Positions 9,548 to 19,559 of a stretch of 64,000 nucleotides of DNA are shown piece after piece. The notes under the pieces are model-generated. The model saw only the letters and a program-made list of their open reading frames with translations. It did not search any database and had not been told where the DNA came from. The DNA comes from Clostridia bacterium (GTDB lineage: Bacteria; Bacillota; Clostridia; Oscillospirales; CAG-272), in NCBI GenBank assembly GCA_017504605.1, contig JAFVQW010000001.1, positions 58,845 to 122,844 on the forward strand. The letters run 5' to 3'. The position numbers and the translations under genes are program-made. Numbering within the stretch: position 1 is the stretch's first letter; each line of letters starts with the position of its first letter.

Positions 9548-10627
9548 TTATACAATCAGCATGGCGTCGCCGAAGGAGAAGAAGCGATACTTATCCCTCA
9601 CCGCCGTTTCATAGGCGGACATAATAAGCTCCTTGCCCGCGAGGGCGCTTACGAGCATTATTAGGGTGCTTTCGGGAAGGTGGAAGTTGGTTATGAGGGC
9701 ATCCGTCGCTTTAAAGGTGTATGGGGGGTAGATGAAAATAGCGGTGCTGGCACTCATCGGCTTCACCGTACCGTCTTCATCCGAGGCGCTCTCGAGAGTG
9801 CGGCAGGCGGTGGTGCCGACGGCAATAATTCTGCCGCCCGCCTTACGCCTTCTGTTTATCTCGTCGGCCACCTCGGGGGTGACTATGAAGCGCTCGCTGT
9901 GCATAAGGTGCTCGTCTATTTTATCGACCTTAACGGGGCGGAAGGTGCCGAGACCGACGTGGAGAGTTACCTCACCGAAGCCGACCCCCTTAGCCTTGAT
10001 TTTCTCTATCAGCTCGGGGGTGAAGTGAAGCCCCGCCGTGGGAGCCGCCGCCGAGCCCTCGGTTTTCGCATATACCGTCTGGTAGTCGCTCTTGTTCTCA
10101 AGCTTCTTCGTTATATAGGGCGGCAGAGGCATATTGCCGACCTCGTCGAGCACCTCGTATATGCTCGAGTAGCGCTCCCTGTCAAAGGAAAATTCAACTA
10201 CGCGATTTCCACCCTCTACAATATCGGTAACCGTCGCGCTGAGAATGCCGCCGAAGTCGAAGCGCGCGCCGATTTTCGCCCGCTTACCCGGGCGGACGAG
10301 GGTCTGCCAGGCACCGCCCTCGACCATTTCAAGGAGCAAGAGCTCTATCGGCGAGCCGTTCTTCTCGCTCTTGCCGATAAGGCGCGCGGGTATGACCTTC
10401 GAGGAGTTAACGACGAGCATATCCTCGGGATTAAGATATTCTATTATATCGCGGAAGGTCCTGTGGGTCAGCTCTCCCGTCTCTTTATCCACAACCATAA
10501 GCCGACAGCCGTCGCGCTCCTCGCTCGGAGACTGCGCTATTAGCTCCTCGGGGAGCTCGTAGGAGAAATCCGAGGTTGTCAGATTTGTTTTGGGTCTGTC
10601 GTTTACTATATCGCAAGTGCGCTGCAT
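9548..10627 (-). CDS. queA: S-adenosylmethionine:tRNA ribosyltransferase-isomerase
   Basis: 359 aa. The motifs [22 protein letters not shown] and [12 protein letters not shown] are QueA hallmarks. Confidence 0.95.
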   Translation of the reverse strand: MQRTCDIVNDRPKTNLTTSDFSYELPEELIAQSPSEERDGCRLMVVDKETGELTHRTFRDIIEYLNPEDMLVVNSSKVIPARLIGKSEKNGSPIELLLLEMVEGGAWQTLVRPGKRAKIGARFDFGGILSATVTDIVEGGNRVVEFSFDRERYSSIYEVLDEVGNMPLPPYITKKLENKSDYQTVYAKTEGSAAAPTAGLHFTPELIEKIKAKGVGFGEVTLHVGLGTFRPVKVDKIDEHLMHSERFIVTPEVADEINRRRKAGGRIIAVGTTACRTLESASDEDGTVKPMSASTAIFIYPPYTFKATDALITNFHLPESTLIMLVSALAGKELIMSAYETAVRDKYRFFSFGDAMLIV

Positions 10628-10731
10628 GTCCGTACCTTTCTGTCACTAAAGCAGAAAAAAACATAAAATATATTAGTAACAGATATATTATAAACTAAAC
10701 AAAAGCATTTTGCAAGGGAATTTCGGCAAAG

Positions 10732-11616
10732 ATGAAAAAACAAGTGATATTCGAGGGGGTCGGGACGGCGCTCGTCACCCCATTTACTGACGGCAAAATA
10801 GATTATTCCTCTCTCGGTGGGCTCATCGATATTCAGCTCGAGGCGGGTATAGATGCGCTCGTTATCGGCGGCACGACCGCCGAGGCGGCAACGCTCTCGG
10901 ACGAGGAGCGCTACGACCTCTTCCGCTATGCGAAGGACAGGATAGCGGGCAGGACGAGGCTGATATTCGGCACGGGGACGAACGATACCCGCCTCGCCGT
11001 GCGGCATACCGAGTTTGCCTCGTCACTCGGCTGCGACGGCGTGCTCCTCGTCACACCATACTATAACCGTGGCACGAGAGAGGGGATAATACGCCACTAC
11101 CTCACACTCGCAGATGCCTCGGGCGTGCCCATTCTTCTTTACAACGTGCCCTCCCGCACGGGGGTTAATCTCGATACCGAAATTCTCGCACGGCTCGCCG
11201 AGTGCGAGAAAATAGTAGGTATAAAGGAGGCCTCGGACTCACTCGATCGGCTGACCTCCATAGCCGCACTCGGCGAGGAGCTGTGGCTCTACTCGGGCAA
11301 CGACAGCCAGATATACCCCACCCTCGCGCTCGGCGGGCGCGGTGTTATCTCGGTCGTATCGAACCTATACCCGAGGGCGACCATGGAAATATGTAAGCTT
11401 TTCTTTGCAAAAAGAGAGGCCGAGAGCCTCGCGCTTCAGCAAAGAATGATGCCCGTGATAAATTCTCTCTTCCTCGAGACCAATCCCGCGCCGATTAAGT
11501 TCGCGCTCTCGGAGCGCGGCCTCTGCCGCCCCGATATGAGACTGCCCATGTGGCTGCCGACCGAGGCGTGTCAGAAAAGAGTTATCCGTGCTATTCGAGA
11601 ATTCACAGAGGAATAA
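10732..11616 (+). CDS. dapA: 4-hydroxy-tetrahydrodipicolinate synthase
   Basis: 294 aa with GTALVTPF, GTTAEAATLS, PYYNR, LYNVPSRTG and the active-site region IVGIKEAS. Confidence 0.93.
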   Translation: MKKQVIFEGVGTALVTPFTDGKIDYSSLGGLIDIQLEAGIDALVIGGTTAEAATLSDEERYDLFRYAKDRIAGRTRLIFGTGTNDTRLAVRHTEFASSLGCDGVLLVTPYYNRGTREGIIRHYLTLADASGVPILLYNVPSRTGVNLDTEILARLAECEKIVGIKEASDSLDRLTSIAALGEELWLYSGNDSQIYPTLALGGRGVISVVSNLYPRATMEICKLFFAKREAESLALQQRMMPVINSLFLETNPAPIKFALSERGLCRPDMRLPMWLPTEACQKRVIRAIREFTEE

Positions 11617-11619
11617 CAA

Positions 11620-11654
11620 GAGCCCCGTGTCGCTAAATGCGCGACACGGGGCTC
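11620..11654. terminator. perfect 14-bp hairpin between convergent dapA and the Nif3-family gene
   Basis: Stem GAGCCCCGTGTCGC (11620-11633) pairs with GCGACACGGGGCTC (11641-11654) around a 7-nt loop. There is no clear U-tract on either side. Confidence 0.5.
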
Positions 11655-11664
11655 CGCCTTACCG

Positions 11665-12426
11665 TCAAATAAGCTTTATCGGATTTGAATTCATAATCTC
11701 TATATACATATCGTTGTCAAGGCGCATAAGCTGTGCCTGGAAGAAGGCCGTCACGGGCTGCTCGGTGAAGTAATGCCCCGCCTCGAGCATATTAATTCCC
11801 CGCTCTGCCGCCTCTGCCATAATATTGTAGCTTATTCTTCCGCTGACGAAGGTGTCGGCACCCGCGGCAAGCGCCGCCTCAACGTAGTCCTTACCGTCGC
11901 CGCCGACGACGGCAACGCGCTGAACGGGTATGCAGGCATCGGCAACCTTAACGCCGTCGCAATCAAGAAGCCCCTTGAGAAGGTAGGAGAAGTCCTCCAT
12001 GGAAAGCTCCTCCTTAAGCGTGCCTATTCTGCCGAGAAGGCCCTCGCCGAAGGGCACCGCGTCCTTTATACCTATTATATCAGCGAGAATGTCGTTGACC
12101 CCGCCGCGCACCTTATCGGCGCGGGTATGTAGGGATATAACCGCAACCTCGCCCTGTATCAGCTTAATAACCTTCCTCGCGATATGGTTGTCCTCGGTCA
12201 CCGAGGAAATCGGCCGGAATATAAGCGGGTGATGCGACACTATAAGGTCGAAGCCGTGCGAGACGGCGTAATCGACAATCTCCTCGGTTACGTCAAGCGT
12301 AACGAGAGCGCGCTCGACCTCGGCCGAGCCGTCGGATGCACACATAAGGCCGTCGTTGTCCCACTCCTCGCGCAGCTCCTCGGGAATTCTCGCGGTGAGC
12401 GCCTCGTATATCTGCTTAACCGTCAT
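11665..12426 (-). CDS. Nif3-family dinuclear metal-centre protein (GTP cyclohydrolase 1 type 2 homologue)
   Basis: Start trimmed to ATG 12426 (MTVKQIYEALT...). The upstream 99 codons of the track ORF overlap trmK and are Arg/Pro/Ser-rich junk. Motifs LIVSHHPLIF and AGHYFTE are present. Confidence 0.85.
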   Translation of the reverse strand: MTVKQIYEALTARIPEELREEWDNDGLMCASDGSAEVERALVTLDVTEEIVDYAVSHGFDLIVSHHPLIFRPISSVTEDNHIARKVIKLIQGEVAVISLHTRADKVRGGVNDILADIIGIKDAVPFGEGLLGRIGTLKEELSMEDFSYLLKGLLDCDGVKVADACIPVQRVAVVGGDGKDYVEAALAAGADTFVSGRISYNIMAEAAERGINMLEAGHYFTEQPVTAFFQAQLMRLDNDMYIEIMNSNPIKLI

Positions 12427-13108
12427 ATTCTGTTCTCCCCTCAAGTCTTTTTTCAAGCTCTTTAAGTATAGTCTCGTCGCGCTCGGTATCCCTGCCGCCT
12501 GCCCGCCGACCCAGAATACGGCGCCGACACGCCACAGCGAGCGAGGAAAGATAGCCGAAATAGGCCCCGTTTTTATCGGTGACGGACGCCTCACGTCCGA
12601 GATAGGCCTCGGTCTCGGTAAGCGTGCGCCGCTCTCCCGTGTACTCCGCGACGACGGTGACGTAATACTTCCCCTGCGCCTCGGAATAGTCCTCAGCCAT
12701 AACCGAGAAGCCCGCCGCACCAAGATAGGAGCGCAGCTCCCCCGCGCGTGTCATAGGCTGAAGAATAAGTCGCACGCCCCGCGTGCGGAGCCAGGGTGCG
12801 CGGTCGATTATATCGGCAATAAGCTCGCCGCCCATGCCGCAAACGGCAACATCTGTAATACCGAGCCCCGCGAGGCTAAGTGCCCCGTCGGTAAGGTGAA
12901 AATCTATTTTCTCCGACAGGCCCGCCGCCGCGGCGTTCTGCTCGGCACTGCAAAGGGGGCCCTCGTTAATATCCGAGCAAACAGCTCTCTCTATTCTCCC
13001 CTCGGAAAGTAAAAAGAGAGGCAGGTGAGCGTGATCGGTGCCTATATCGGCAAATATCGCTCCCTGCCTCACGAATTTTGCCGCTGAGCCAAGCCTCGCG
13101 TCAAGCAC
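12416..13108 (-). CDS. trmK: tRNA (adenine22-N1)-methyltransferase
   Basis: 230 aa with DIGTDHAHLP, GMGGELI and QPM motifs, followed by a C-terminal coiled-coil domain. In the usual trmK-nif3 pairing. Confidence 0.85.
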   Translation of the reverse strand: MLDARLGSAAKFVRQGAIFADIGTDHAHLPLFLLSEGRIERAVCSDINEGPLCSAEQNAAAAGLSEKIDFHLTDGALSLAGLGITDVAVCGMGGELIADIIDRAPWLRTRGVRLILQPMTRAGELRSYLGAAGFSVMAEDYSEAQGKYYVTVVAEYTGERRTLTETEAYLGREASVTDKNGAYFGYLSSLAVACRRRILGRRAGGRDTERDETILKELEKRLEGRTEYDG

Positions 13109-13111
13109 GGC

Positions 13112-13312
13112 TTACTTGCTTGCAAGAAAGTCGTTAAGCTTCTGAACCAGCTCGTCGGCGTTGGTGCCGTGAACGAGGCAGGCATCGGCAATCGACTCTC
13201 CGCGCGAGTGCGGGCAGCCGAGGCAGTGCATTCCTATCTCAAAGAAAAATCTCGCGGTCTCAACGTCAAAGTCGAGAACGTCGCCGATAAGGGTATCCTT
13301 AGTTACCTTCAT
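13112..13312 (-). CDS. DUF1858 / hybrid-cluster-protein-associated redox disulfide domain protein
   Basis: 66 aa with the characteristic MHCLGCP motif. Confidence 0.72.
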   Translation of the reverse strand: MKVTKDTLIGDVLDFDVETARFFFEIGMHCLGCPHSRGESIADACLVHGTNADELVQKLNDFLASK

Positions 13313-13399
13313 TTTATAAACCTCTCAATTCGATTGTTTTCAACGAATTAAGTATAACACACACGGGTAAAAAAATCAATAGATATTTAAAACTTGCTA

Positions 13400-13428
13400 T
13401 TTACTTTTATCGGCATTTGTGCTAAAAT
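13400..13428 (+). promoter_or_regulatory. candidate extended -10 promoter for prfB
   Basis: TTTACT (13400-13405), a 17-nt spacer including TGC, then TAAAAT (13423-13428). Confidence 0.45.
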
Positions 13429-13494
13429 ATGTATGTTAACACGGCGCGCCCGGGGCGTATCGGGCGACCTTAAATTTATTTGGGAGATTTCAGA

Positions 13495-14610
13495 ATGATT
13501 GTTGCACTCGAGGAAGCAAAGAGAAAGCTCACAGAGCTGAGGGGCGTTCTTACCGAGCTCGGTAGCCAGCTCCGAATAGAAGAGGCACGCGAGAGAGCCT
13601 CCGACCTTGAGCGTGAGACTATGGTACAGGACTTCTGGGCCGATGCCGAGAAATCCTCTAAGAAGCTGCAGGAGATAAAGCAGCTTAAGGACAAGGTATC
13701 GGGCTACGAGGAGCTCACCGCGAGGCTCGAGGATGCGTATGCCCTCTGCGAGATGGCTATTGAGGCATCGGACGAGGACTCGGTTGAGGAGGTCCTCGGC
13801 GAAACGCAGTATATAGAGGAGGAGGCCGAGAAGAAGAGAATTGAGGTTCTTCTCTCCGGTCCCTACGACAAGAATAACGCGATAGTATCCTTCCACCCCG
13901 GAGCCGGCGGCACCGAGGCGCAGGACTGGGCATCTATGCTCTACCGTCTATACACCCGCTGGGGCGAGCGCCACGGCTTCAACGTGAAGCTCGTAGACTG
14001 GCTCGACGGCGACGAGGCGGGCATCAAGTCCGCGACCATTATGGTCGAGGGTCTGAACGCCTACGGATACCTCAAGAGCGAGAACGGCGTTCACCGTCTC
14101 GTTCGCGTATCCCCCTTCGATGCATCGGGCAGACGGCACACGTCGTTCTCCTCGGTCGAGGTTATGCCCGAGTTCGAGGACGATAATACCATAGTCCTTC
14201 GCGACGAGGACCTCGACATCACCGCACACCGCTCGAGCGGCGCGGGCGGTCAGCACATTAACAAGACCGACTCGGCTATCCGTATCGTCCATAAGCCCAC
14301 GGGCATCGTCGTCGGCTGTCAGACCGAGAGAAGCCAGCTCCAGAACAAGGAGACGGCTCTCAAGATGCTTAAGGCGAAGCTTATGGAAATCAAGCTGCGC
14401 GAGAAGCTCGACAGGATAGAGGATATTCAGGGCAACAAGGCCAATATCGAGTGGGGCAGCCAGATACGAAGCTACGTGTTTATGCCCTACACGCTTGCAA
14501 AGGACACGAGAACCGGCTACGAGGACGGAAATATCGACGCGGTTATGGACGGCGAGATCGACGGCTTCATTAACGCATATCTTAAAATGATTTCTAAAAA
14601 CGAGCAGTAA
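13495..14610 (+). CDS. prfB: peptide chain release factor 2, encoded in a single frame
   Basis: SPF tripeptide (RVSPFD) and GGQ (SGAGGQHINK). ATG 13495 lies behind a GGGAGA RBS. The usual frameshift position reads LRGVLTEL (CTT ACC), so there is no internal TGA. Confidence 0.93.
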   Translation: MIVALEEAKRKLTELRGVLTELGSQLRIEEARERASDLERETMVQDFWADAEKSSKKLQEIKQLKDKVSGYEELTARLEDAYALCEMAIEASDEDSVEEVLGETQYIEEEAEKKRIEVLLSGPYDKNNAIVSFHPGAGGTEAQDWASMLYRLYTRWGERHGFNVKLVDWLDGDEAGIKSATIMVEGLNAYGYLKSENGVHRLVRVSPFDASGRRHTSFSSVEVMPEFEDDNTIVLRDEDLDITAHRSSGAGGQHINKTDSAIRIVHKPTGIVVGCQTERSQLQNKETALKMLKAKLMEIKLREKLDRIEDIQGNKANIEWGSQIRSYVFMPYTLAKDTRTGYEDGNIDAVMDGEIDGFINAYLKMISKNEQ

Positions 14611-14643
14611 TGCTCGGACAAAATTAAAGCGCAAATCAAAAAG

Positions 14644-14690
14644 CACCGAGGCGTTGTTTATTCACAGCACCTCGGTGTTTTGTTATTTTT
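14644..14690. terminator. intrinsic terminator between convergent prfB and the MFS gene
   Basis: Stem CACCGAGG (14644-14651) pairs with CCTCGGTG (14670-14677) and is followed by TTTTGTTATTTTT. An A-run lies upstream, so it may work bidirectionally. Confidence 0.7.
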
Positions 14691-15997
14691 CAGATATTTC
14701 TTTTACGCCCGGCGTTCGCGAACCGAATGAGAAGCACGAGACCGAGAAGCGCCGCCACGGCAAAGGCGTTGATACCCGTGACAACCAAAAGCGCGTTTTT
14801 CCAGCTCTCTACCGTGCTAAGAGCCTCGTTGTCGAGAATTACCGTAAGTATTTTAGGCGCAAGGCCGGAAGTAATTGAGGACGCCGCGTTTACCGCGGTG
14901 GTGTAGACACCCGAGTTTATTTTCGCTCTCATTCTGAACGAGGCTATCGAAAGAATGGTCGAGCGCCCTCCGTTAGACGCAGTGATAAACAGTATGAAAA
15001 GAAACAGAGAAAATATCACGCTCGTATCGTAGACGAACAGCAGTACGACGACCGATACAAGAGCTATCACGAAGAACACCGCAGATACCGCTATAAAGTT
15101 GCGGTGGCGCTCACAGGCGCGCACGGTCAAGGCAGGACCGAATACCGCAACTATAGGCGCAACAATCGTTAGTGCCTTAGAAACACCGTTGCTGTATCCG
15201 CCGATTTCCTTAATGTATATATCGAGGTTGTTTAAAACCATAAAATAAATCGAGGTCAGAACGAAGCCCATAATAACCGAGATTATGTAAAAGATGACAA
15301 CGCGTCGACGAGTGTCAAGATGTATAAAATCGTTCTCCTCCTCGTCATCGACCTCCCTCTCACTTCCGTCGGCGAGCACGATACGGTGCATTTCAATCTC
15401 GCGCGGGTAGCGGGTGACGGTAGTAACCGAGACGAAAAAGAGCACTACCGAGCCTATCACGATAACGCCCATAAGAGCAAACGGGGTGCGCCAATCCTCG
15501 CCGAAGAGGGCGGCTATTCCGTACGCCAAGGCAGAGGCAACCGCAGGAGCCGAGGTCATTAGCGTGTTCGCCGTTGGCAACAGTCGCGCCGGGAGATATC
15601 GGCTTAAAATCTTAATGAGTCCTCCCCATATTCCCGCCTGCAAAAAGCCGTTCGCGGCGTATATGAGATAGTGCTGTACGATAGTGTCGGTCATAGCGGT
15701 GAAAATCGAAAGAACACCGGCTACGCCGAGAGTAACCGTCAAAAACCACTTTGTATTAATCTTATCAACGAAGAAAATCAGCAATACCTGCATTATAGCG
15801 TAGGTATAAAAGAAATACTCGGTCGTTGACGCAAGGTCGGACAAATTACCGAAGCTGCCGAGAGAGAGGAGCGTCGTCTTCTCCGCGGTGTAAAGATTTC
15901 TCGTAAGCGTTATCGCGATATACATAAAAACGCTCGAGAAAATCAAAAGAAAGTATGCGAAGCGCCTACCCGTATGCGTTTTTTTCAATTCTGCCAT
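14690..15997 (-). CDS. MFS-type transporter
   Basis: 435 aa with ~12 hydrophobic segments and a central charged loop (REVDDEEENDFIH). Confidence 0.72.
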   Translation of the reverse strand: MAELKKTHTGRRFAYFLLIFSSVFMYIAITLTRNLYTAEKTTLLSLGSFGNLSDLASTTEYFFYTYAIMQVLLIFFVDKINTKWFLTVTLGVAGVLSIFTAMTDTIVQHYLIYAANGFLQAGIWGGLIKILSRYLPARLLPTANTLMTSAPAVASALAYGIAALFGEDWRTPFALMGVIVIGSVVLFFVSVTTVTRYPREIEMHRIVLADGSEREVDDEEENDFIHLDTRRRVVIFYIISVIMGFVLTSIYFMVLNNLDIYIKEIGGYSNGVSKALTIVAPIVAVFGPALTVRACERHRNFIAVSAVFFVIALVSVVVLLFVYDTSVIFSLFLFILFITASNGGRSTILSIASFRMRAKINSGVYTTAVNAASSITSGLAPKILTVILDNEALSTVESWKNALLVVTGINAFAVAALLGLVLLIRFANAGRKRNI

Positions 15998-15998
15998 T

Positions 15999-17333
15999 TT
16001 AATCCGCCCCCAGCAAAGAAATAATATCTGCCAGCCTTTCCGTTTTTATCTTCTTTTTATTCCCCTTGACCGTCAGGGTCAAGTTGCTTACGGTGAAAAT
16101 CTCGCCTGCCGCACGCGACAGAGCCTCCGGGGTAACGGCATCGTAGGCCGCCACACGCTCCTCGAGCGAGGAGTAGCCGAGGTCGAGGATATGATTGTCG
16201 TAGGCGAGCGTGAAGTTAAGCTCGCGCGGGTCGTCAAGGAGCATAGCCGCGTTCTTCACAAACCCCGCCTTCATACAGCGCTCGGGGGCCGGGGGATTTC
16301 TCTTCAGGTCGCGAAGAATCTCCACCACGGTTTCAAGAGCGAGCTCGAGCTTCGCCTCGCGTATCTCAAAGGAAAAGCCGAATACACCAATATTCTTATA
16401 CCTCTCCACCGAGCCCGAGATGTCGTAGAGCAGGCCCTGCCTCTCCGAGAGCTCGATAAACATACGCGAGCTGTAGCCGCCGAAAAGGTGCTCGTAAAGA
16501 AGGTCGCACTCGGGAACGCTCACGCGGCTCATATCAATATCGAAGCTAAGCTTAACCTTGGTGAAGTCGGCGTTCTTTATCAGCACGCTCCCCCCTCTTT
16601 TACCGAATTTATCGGGCACGGGTGCGATATTGGTATGAGGCTCACCGAAGGACAGGGGCGTGTGGCCCACCGCGCTTGCGAGAGTGTCGAGGTCATCCTC
16701 GGTAAAGGCGCCCGTGAGGTAGAAAAACAAATTCTCGGGGATAAAGGTACGGCGGCGAAAGTCCTCAAGCGAGCGTGCGCTTATTTTCGACACCTCGCCG
16801 AGCGTTCCCGTAATCGGGCGTGCGAGCGTAGTACCAGAGTACACCTCTCTCGCGGCAATTGCGGCGAGCGACGACGCCTCGTCAAGCTCGCGTATCTCGG
16901 CCTTAATCCTGCCGCGCTCGGCATCTATCTCGTCGCGCGAGAGAACAATCGGCGAAAAGAGGTGTGCCATAATTCTGGCAGCCGTAGGCAGGCTCTCAGG
17001 CGAGCCCGAGACGTAAAACTGCACCATCTCGCCAAAGGTCGAGGCGTTAAACTCTATTCCCTCTCTGTCAAGAAGCGCGTAGAGCTCGCCACCCATAAGC
17101 TTATTTATATTTCTTATCGCAATATGCTCGAAAAAATGCGTGATACCGCTCTCGCCCTCGCGCTCGTACATACTGCCCGCGCGTAAAAAAAGCGAGAGAA
17201 AGAAGCTGTGCGTACCGTCCGCGCGGTAGCTGAACAGCTCTATTCCGTTAGGTAAAATTCTTTTTTTCTCCACAATACGCACCTCCCCTTTACTTGTCGA
17301 GAACATTTTAGCATAAAGAAATTCAAATTTCAA
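15999..17333 (-). CDS. M16-family zinc peptidase (insulinase-like)
   Basis: 444-aa ORF with the inverted zinc motif HFFEH. The exact start is uncertain; internal Met or GVal candidates lie near codons 10-20. Confidence 0.8.
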   Translation of the reverse strand: MKFEFLYAKMFSTSKGEVRIVEKKRILPNGIELFSYRADGTHSFFLSLFLRAGSMYEREGESGITHFFEHIAIRNINKLMGGELYALLDREGIEFNASTFGEMVQFYVSGSPESLPTAARIMAHLFSPIVLSRDEIDAERGRIKAEIRELDEASSLAAIAAREVYSGTTLARPITGTLGEVSKISARSLEDFRRRTFIPENLFFYLTGAFTEDDLDTLASAVGHTPLSFGEPHTNIAPVPDKFGKRGGSVLIKNADFTKVKLSFDIDMSRVSVPECDLLYEHLFGGYSSRMFIELSERQGLLYDISGSVERYKNIGVFGFSFEIREAKLELALETVVEILRDLKRNPPAPERCMKAGFVKNAAMLLDDPRELNFTLAYDNHILDLGYSSLEERVAAYDAVTPEALSRAAGEIFTVSNLTLTVKGNKKKIKTERLADIISLLGAD

Positions 17334-17351
17334 GCATTACGCAAATATTGA

Positions 17352-17380
17352 TTGACAACAAATTACAAATATAATATAAT
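17352..17380 (+). promoter_or_regulatory. consensus sigma-70 promoter for the rsmF-like gene
   Basis: TTGACA (17352-17357), a 17-nt spacer, then TATAAT (17375-17380). Confidence 0.65.
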
Positions 17381-17413
17381 AGATGTGAATTTTGTCAAGG
17401 CGGGGGTGAAAAA

Positions 17414-18790
17414 ATGCTTTCCGAGAGTTTTTTTATAAGAATGAAGAGTATTCTCGGCTCGGAATACGACGACTTTGTCGCCGAGCTCGAAAAGGCACCC
17501 GTGCGCGCCGTGCGCGTTAATAAAATCAAATCGGAGACCGACACCGTCGTCGGCTCCCCGCGCCTCGCACTCTCCCCCCTTTCCTACACCGACAGCGGAT
17601 TTATACTCGAAAACGATATACAGATAGGCAACACGCCCGAGCACCACGCGGGTATGATTTACGTTCAGGACCCCGGCGCTATGGCGACGGTGAACGCGCT
17701 CGATATAGAGAGCGGGTGGTGGGTCGCCGACCTTTGCGCCGCACCGGGCGGCAAATCGACGCAGCTCGCGGAGAAAATCGGCCCGTCTGGCTTTCTCCTT
17801 GCGAACGAGTTCGTGCCGAAGCGGGCGAAAATCCTCGTCTCCAACCTCGAGAGGCTCGGTGTCACAAACGCGCTCGTTACCTCACTCGACACGGGCGAGC
17901 TGCCCGCTATGTTCCCCGAGGTATTCGACCTCGTGCTTACCGATGCCCCCTGCTCGGGCGAGGGTATGCTCCGCAAATACGACGCCGCGAGCGAGGAGTG
18001 GAGCGAGGAGAACGTCGCCCTCTCGGCAAAGAGGCAGAGCGAAATTCTCGATAACGCCGCACGCCTCGTACGCCGCGGCGGCTATCTGCTCTATTCCACC
18101 TGCACCTATTCCGAGGAGGAAAACGAGGAGCAGATTACCCGTTTCTTAGACAGACACGGCGATTTTGAAATTATACCCGTAAGAGAGAAGCTCGTCGGAG
18201 TTACGAGCGACGGTCTCGCGGGTGACGGCAGGCCCGAAGCAATCAAGCACACGCGCAGGTTCTATCCTCACAAATCGCGCGGCGAGGGACAGTATATCGC
18301 TCTTATGCGCCGCGCGGGCGACGGCGAGCGAGGCAAGATAGCCTTCCGCGACTGTGCAAGGGCGCTTCCGCGCGACAAGGCGAGCGCGGTCGAGGCATTC
18401 TTCAAGGACAGCCTTACGGATATCCCCCGCGGCAGGCTTGCCGAGGTGGGAGAGAATTTGGTTTTAATCACGCACCCATCGCCAATTCCCCGCCACTCGG
18501 TGTTTATGTCGGGAATTCTCGTCGGCGAGGTAAGGCACGGTATTCTTCACCCCTCGCATCAGCTCGCCTCGGCACTCGGAAGGTGCTTCAAGCGACAGGT
18601 AGAGCTCTCGGGCTCCGAGGAGCTATATAAAAAATACCTCGGCGGCGAGGAAATCCCCGACCCACAGGGAATAGATAACGGCTGGTGCGCAATTCTTTTT
18701 TGCGGTGCGCCGCTCGGCCTCGGTAAGATTTCGGGCGGGGTTATTAAAAACCACTACCCGAAGGGGCTTCGTACAAAAAATACTGTTTGA
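17414..18790 (+). CDS. NOL1/NOP2/Sun-family RNA m5C methyltransferase (RsmF/YebU-like)
   Basis: 458 aa. SAM motif DLCAAPGGKSTQ and catalytic DAPCSGEGM. Confidence 0.82.
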   Translation: MLSESFFIRMKSILGSEYDDFVAELEKAPVRAVRVNKIKSETDTVVGSPRLALSPLSYTDSGFILENDIQIGNTPEHHAGMIYVQDPGAMATVNALDIESGWWVADLCAAPGGKSTQLAEKIGPSGFLLANEFVPKRAKILVSNLERLGVTNALVTSLDTGELPAMFPEVFDLVLTDAPCSGEGMLRKYDAASEEWSEENVALSAKRQSEILDNAARLVRRGGYLLYSTCTYSEEENEEQITRFLDRHGDFEIIPVREKLVGVTSDGLAGDGRPEAIKHTRRFYPHKSRGEGQYIALMRRAGDGERGKIAFRDCARALPRDKASAVEAFFKDSLTDIPRGRLAEVGENLVLITHPSPIPRHSVFMSGILVGEVRHGILHPSHQLASALGRCFKRQVELSGSEELYKKYLGGEEIPDPQGIDNGWCAILFCGAPLGLGKISGGVIKNHYPKGLRTKNTV

Positions 18791-18815
18791 TTATTAAATT
18801 TAAGGAGATATAAAA

Positions 18816-19559
18816 ATGAGTAAAATTCTTGCAAGGGTGGGCACGCTCACCGTAACGGAGGACGACGTAAACGAGCTTCTTATGAACCTCGGTCAGAGAG
18901 CACAGGCCTACAATACCCCCGAGGGCAGACGTGCGCTTCTCACACAGATTATCAACAACAAGCTCTTCCTTCTTGATGCGAAGAGAAATCTTCTCGAGGC
19001 AGAGCCCGAGTTCAAGGCAGAGCTCGCGAAGCTTCGCGAGAACCTTCTCGCGGGCTACGCACAGGACAAGGTTATCTCGGCCGTAACCGTCAGCGACAAG
19101 GAGATTGCCGAGTATTACGAGGCTAATAAGGAGCGCTTCGCCTCGGGCGAGAGCGTAAACGCGAGCCATATTCTCGTTGACAGCGAGGAGGGGGCTCTCG
19201 AAATCCTTGCTAAAATCAATGCGGGCGAGACCACCTTCGAGGATGCGGCACGCGAGTATTCCTCCTGCCCCTCCAAGGAGTCGGGCGGAAATCTCGGCGA
19301 CTTCACGAGAGGACAGATGGTTCCCGAGTTTGACAGCGCCGTTTTCCAGATGCAGGTCGGCGAGGTCACCGCTACCCCCGTTAAGACCCAGTTCGGCTAT
19401 CATCTTATAAAGCTCAACTCTAAAAAGGAAAGCAGCATCGCTCCCCTTGAGGAGATTAAAAACGAGCTCTCGGGCGCGCTCTTGAACGAGAAAAGGCGTG
19501 CAGCATACGAGAGCCGCGTTAATCAGCTTAAAATTCTCTACCCCGTGGACCTGCTCTGA
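18816..19559 (+). CDS. parvulin-type peptidyl-prolyl isomerase (SurA/PrsA-like, no obvious signal peptide)
   Basis: 247 aa with a parvulin core (ASHILV...SSCPSKESGGNLGDFTRGQMVPEFD...FGYHLIKL). Confidence 0.82.
   Translation: MSKILARVGTLTVTEDDVNELLMNLGQRAQAYNTPEGRRALLTQIINNKLFLLDAKRNLLEAEPEFKAELAKLRENLLAGYAQDKVISAVTVSDKEIAEYYEANKERFASGESVNASHILVDSEEGALEILAKINAGETTFEDAAREYSSCPSKESGGNLGDFTRGQMVPEFDSAVFQMQVGEVTATPVKTQFGYHLIKLNSKKESSIAPLEEIKNELSGALLNEKRRAAYESRVNQLKILYPVDLL

Noticed and set aside
11665-12723. The long N-terminal extensions in track ORFs: Nif3 352 aa, mtnN 282 aa (59921-60769), ygiQ 684 aa (30042-32096), LRR 320 aa (1517-2479), mrnC 153 aa and MBOAT 508 aa.
   Set aside because: The extensions overlap the upstream gene, are Arg/Ser/Pro-rich, and are followed by an internal start with an RBS and the family-typical N-terminus. 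The starts were trimmed accordingly.
13495-13600. The programmed +1 frameshift site expected in prfB.
   Set aside because: The gene reads through in one frame. The corresponding position is CTT ACC (LRGVLTEL), with no in-frame TGA and no upstream SD-like stimulator. This prfB appears to be a frameshift-free type.
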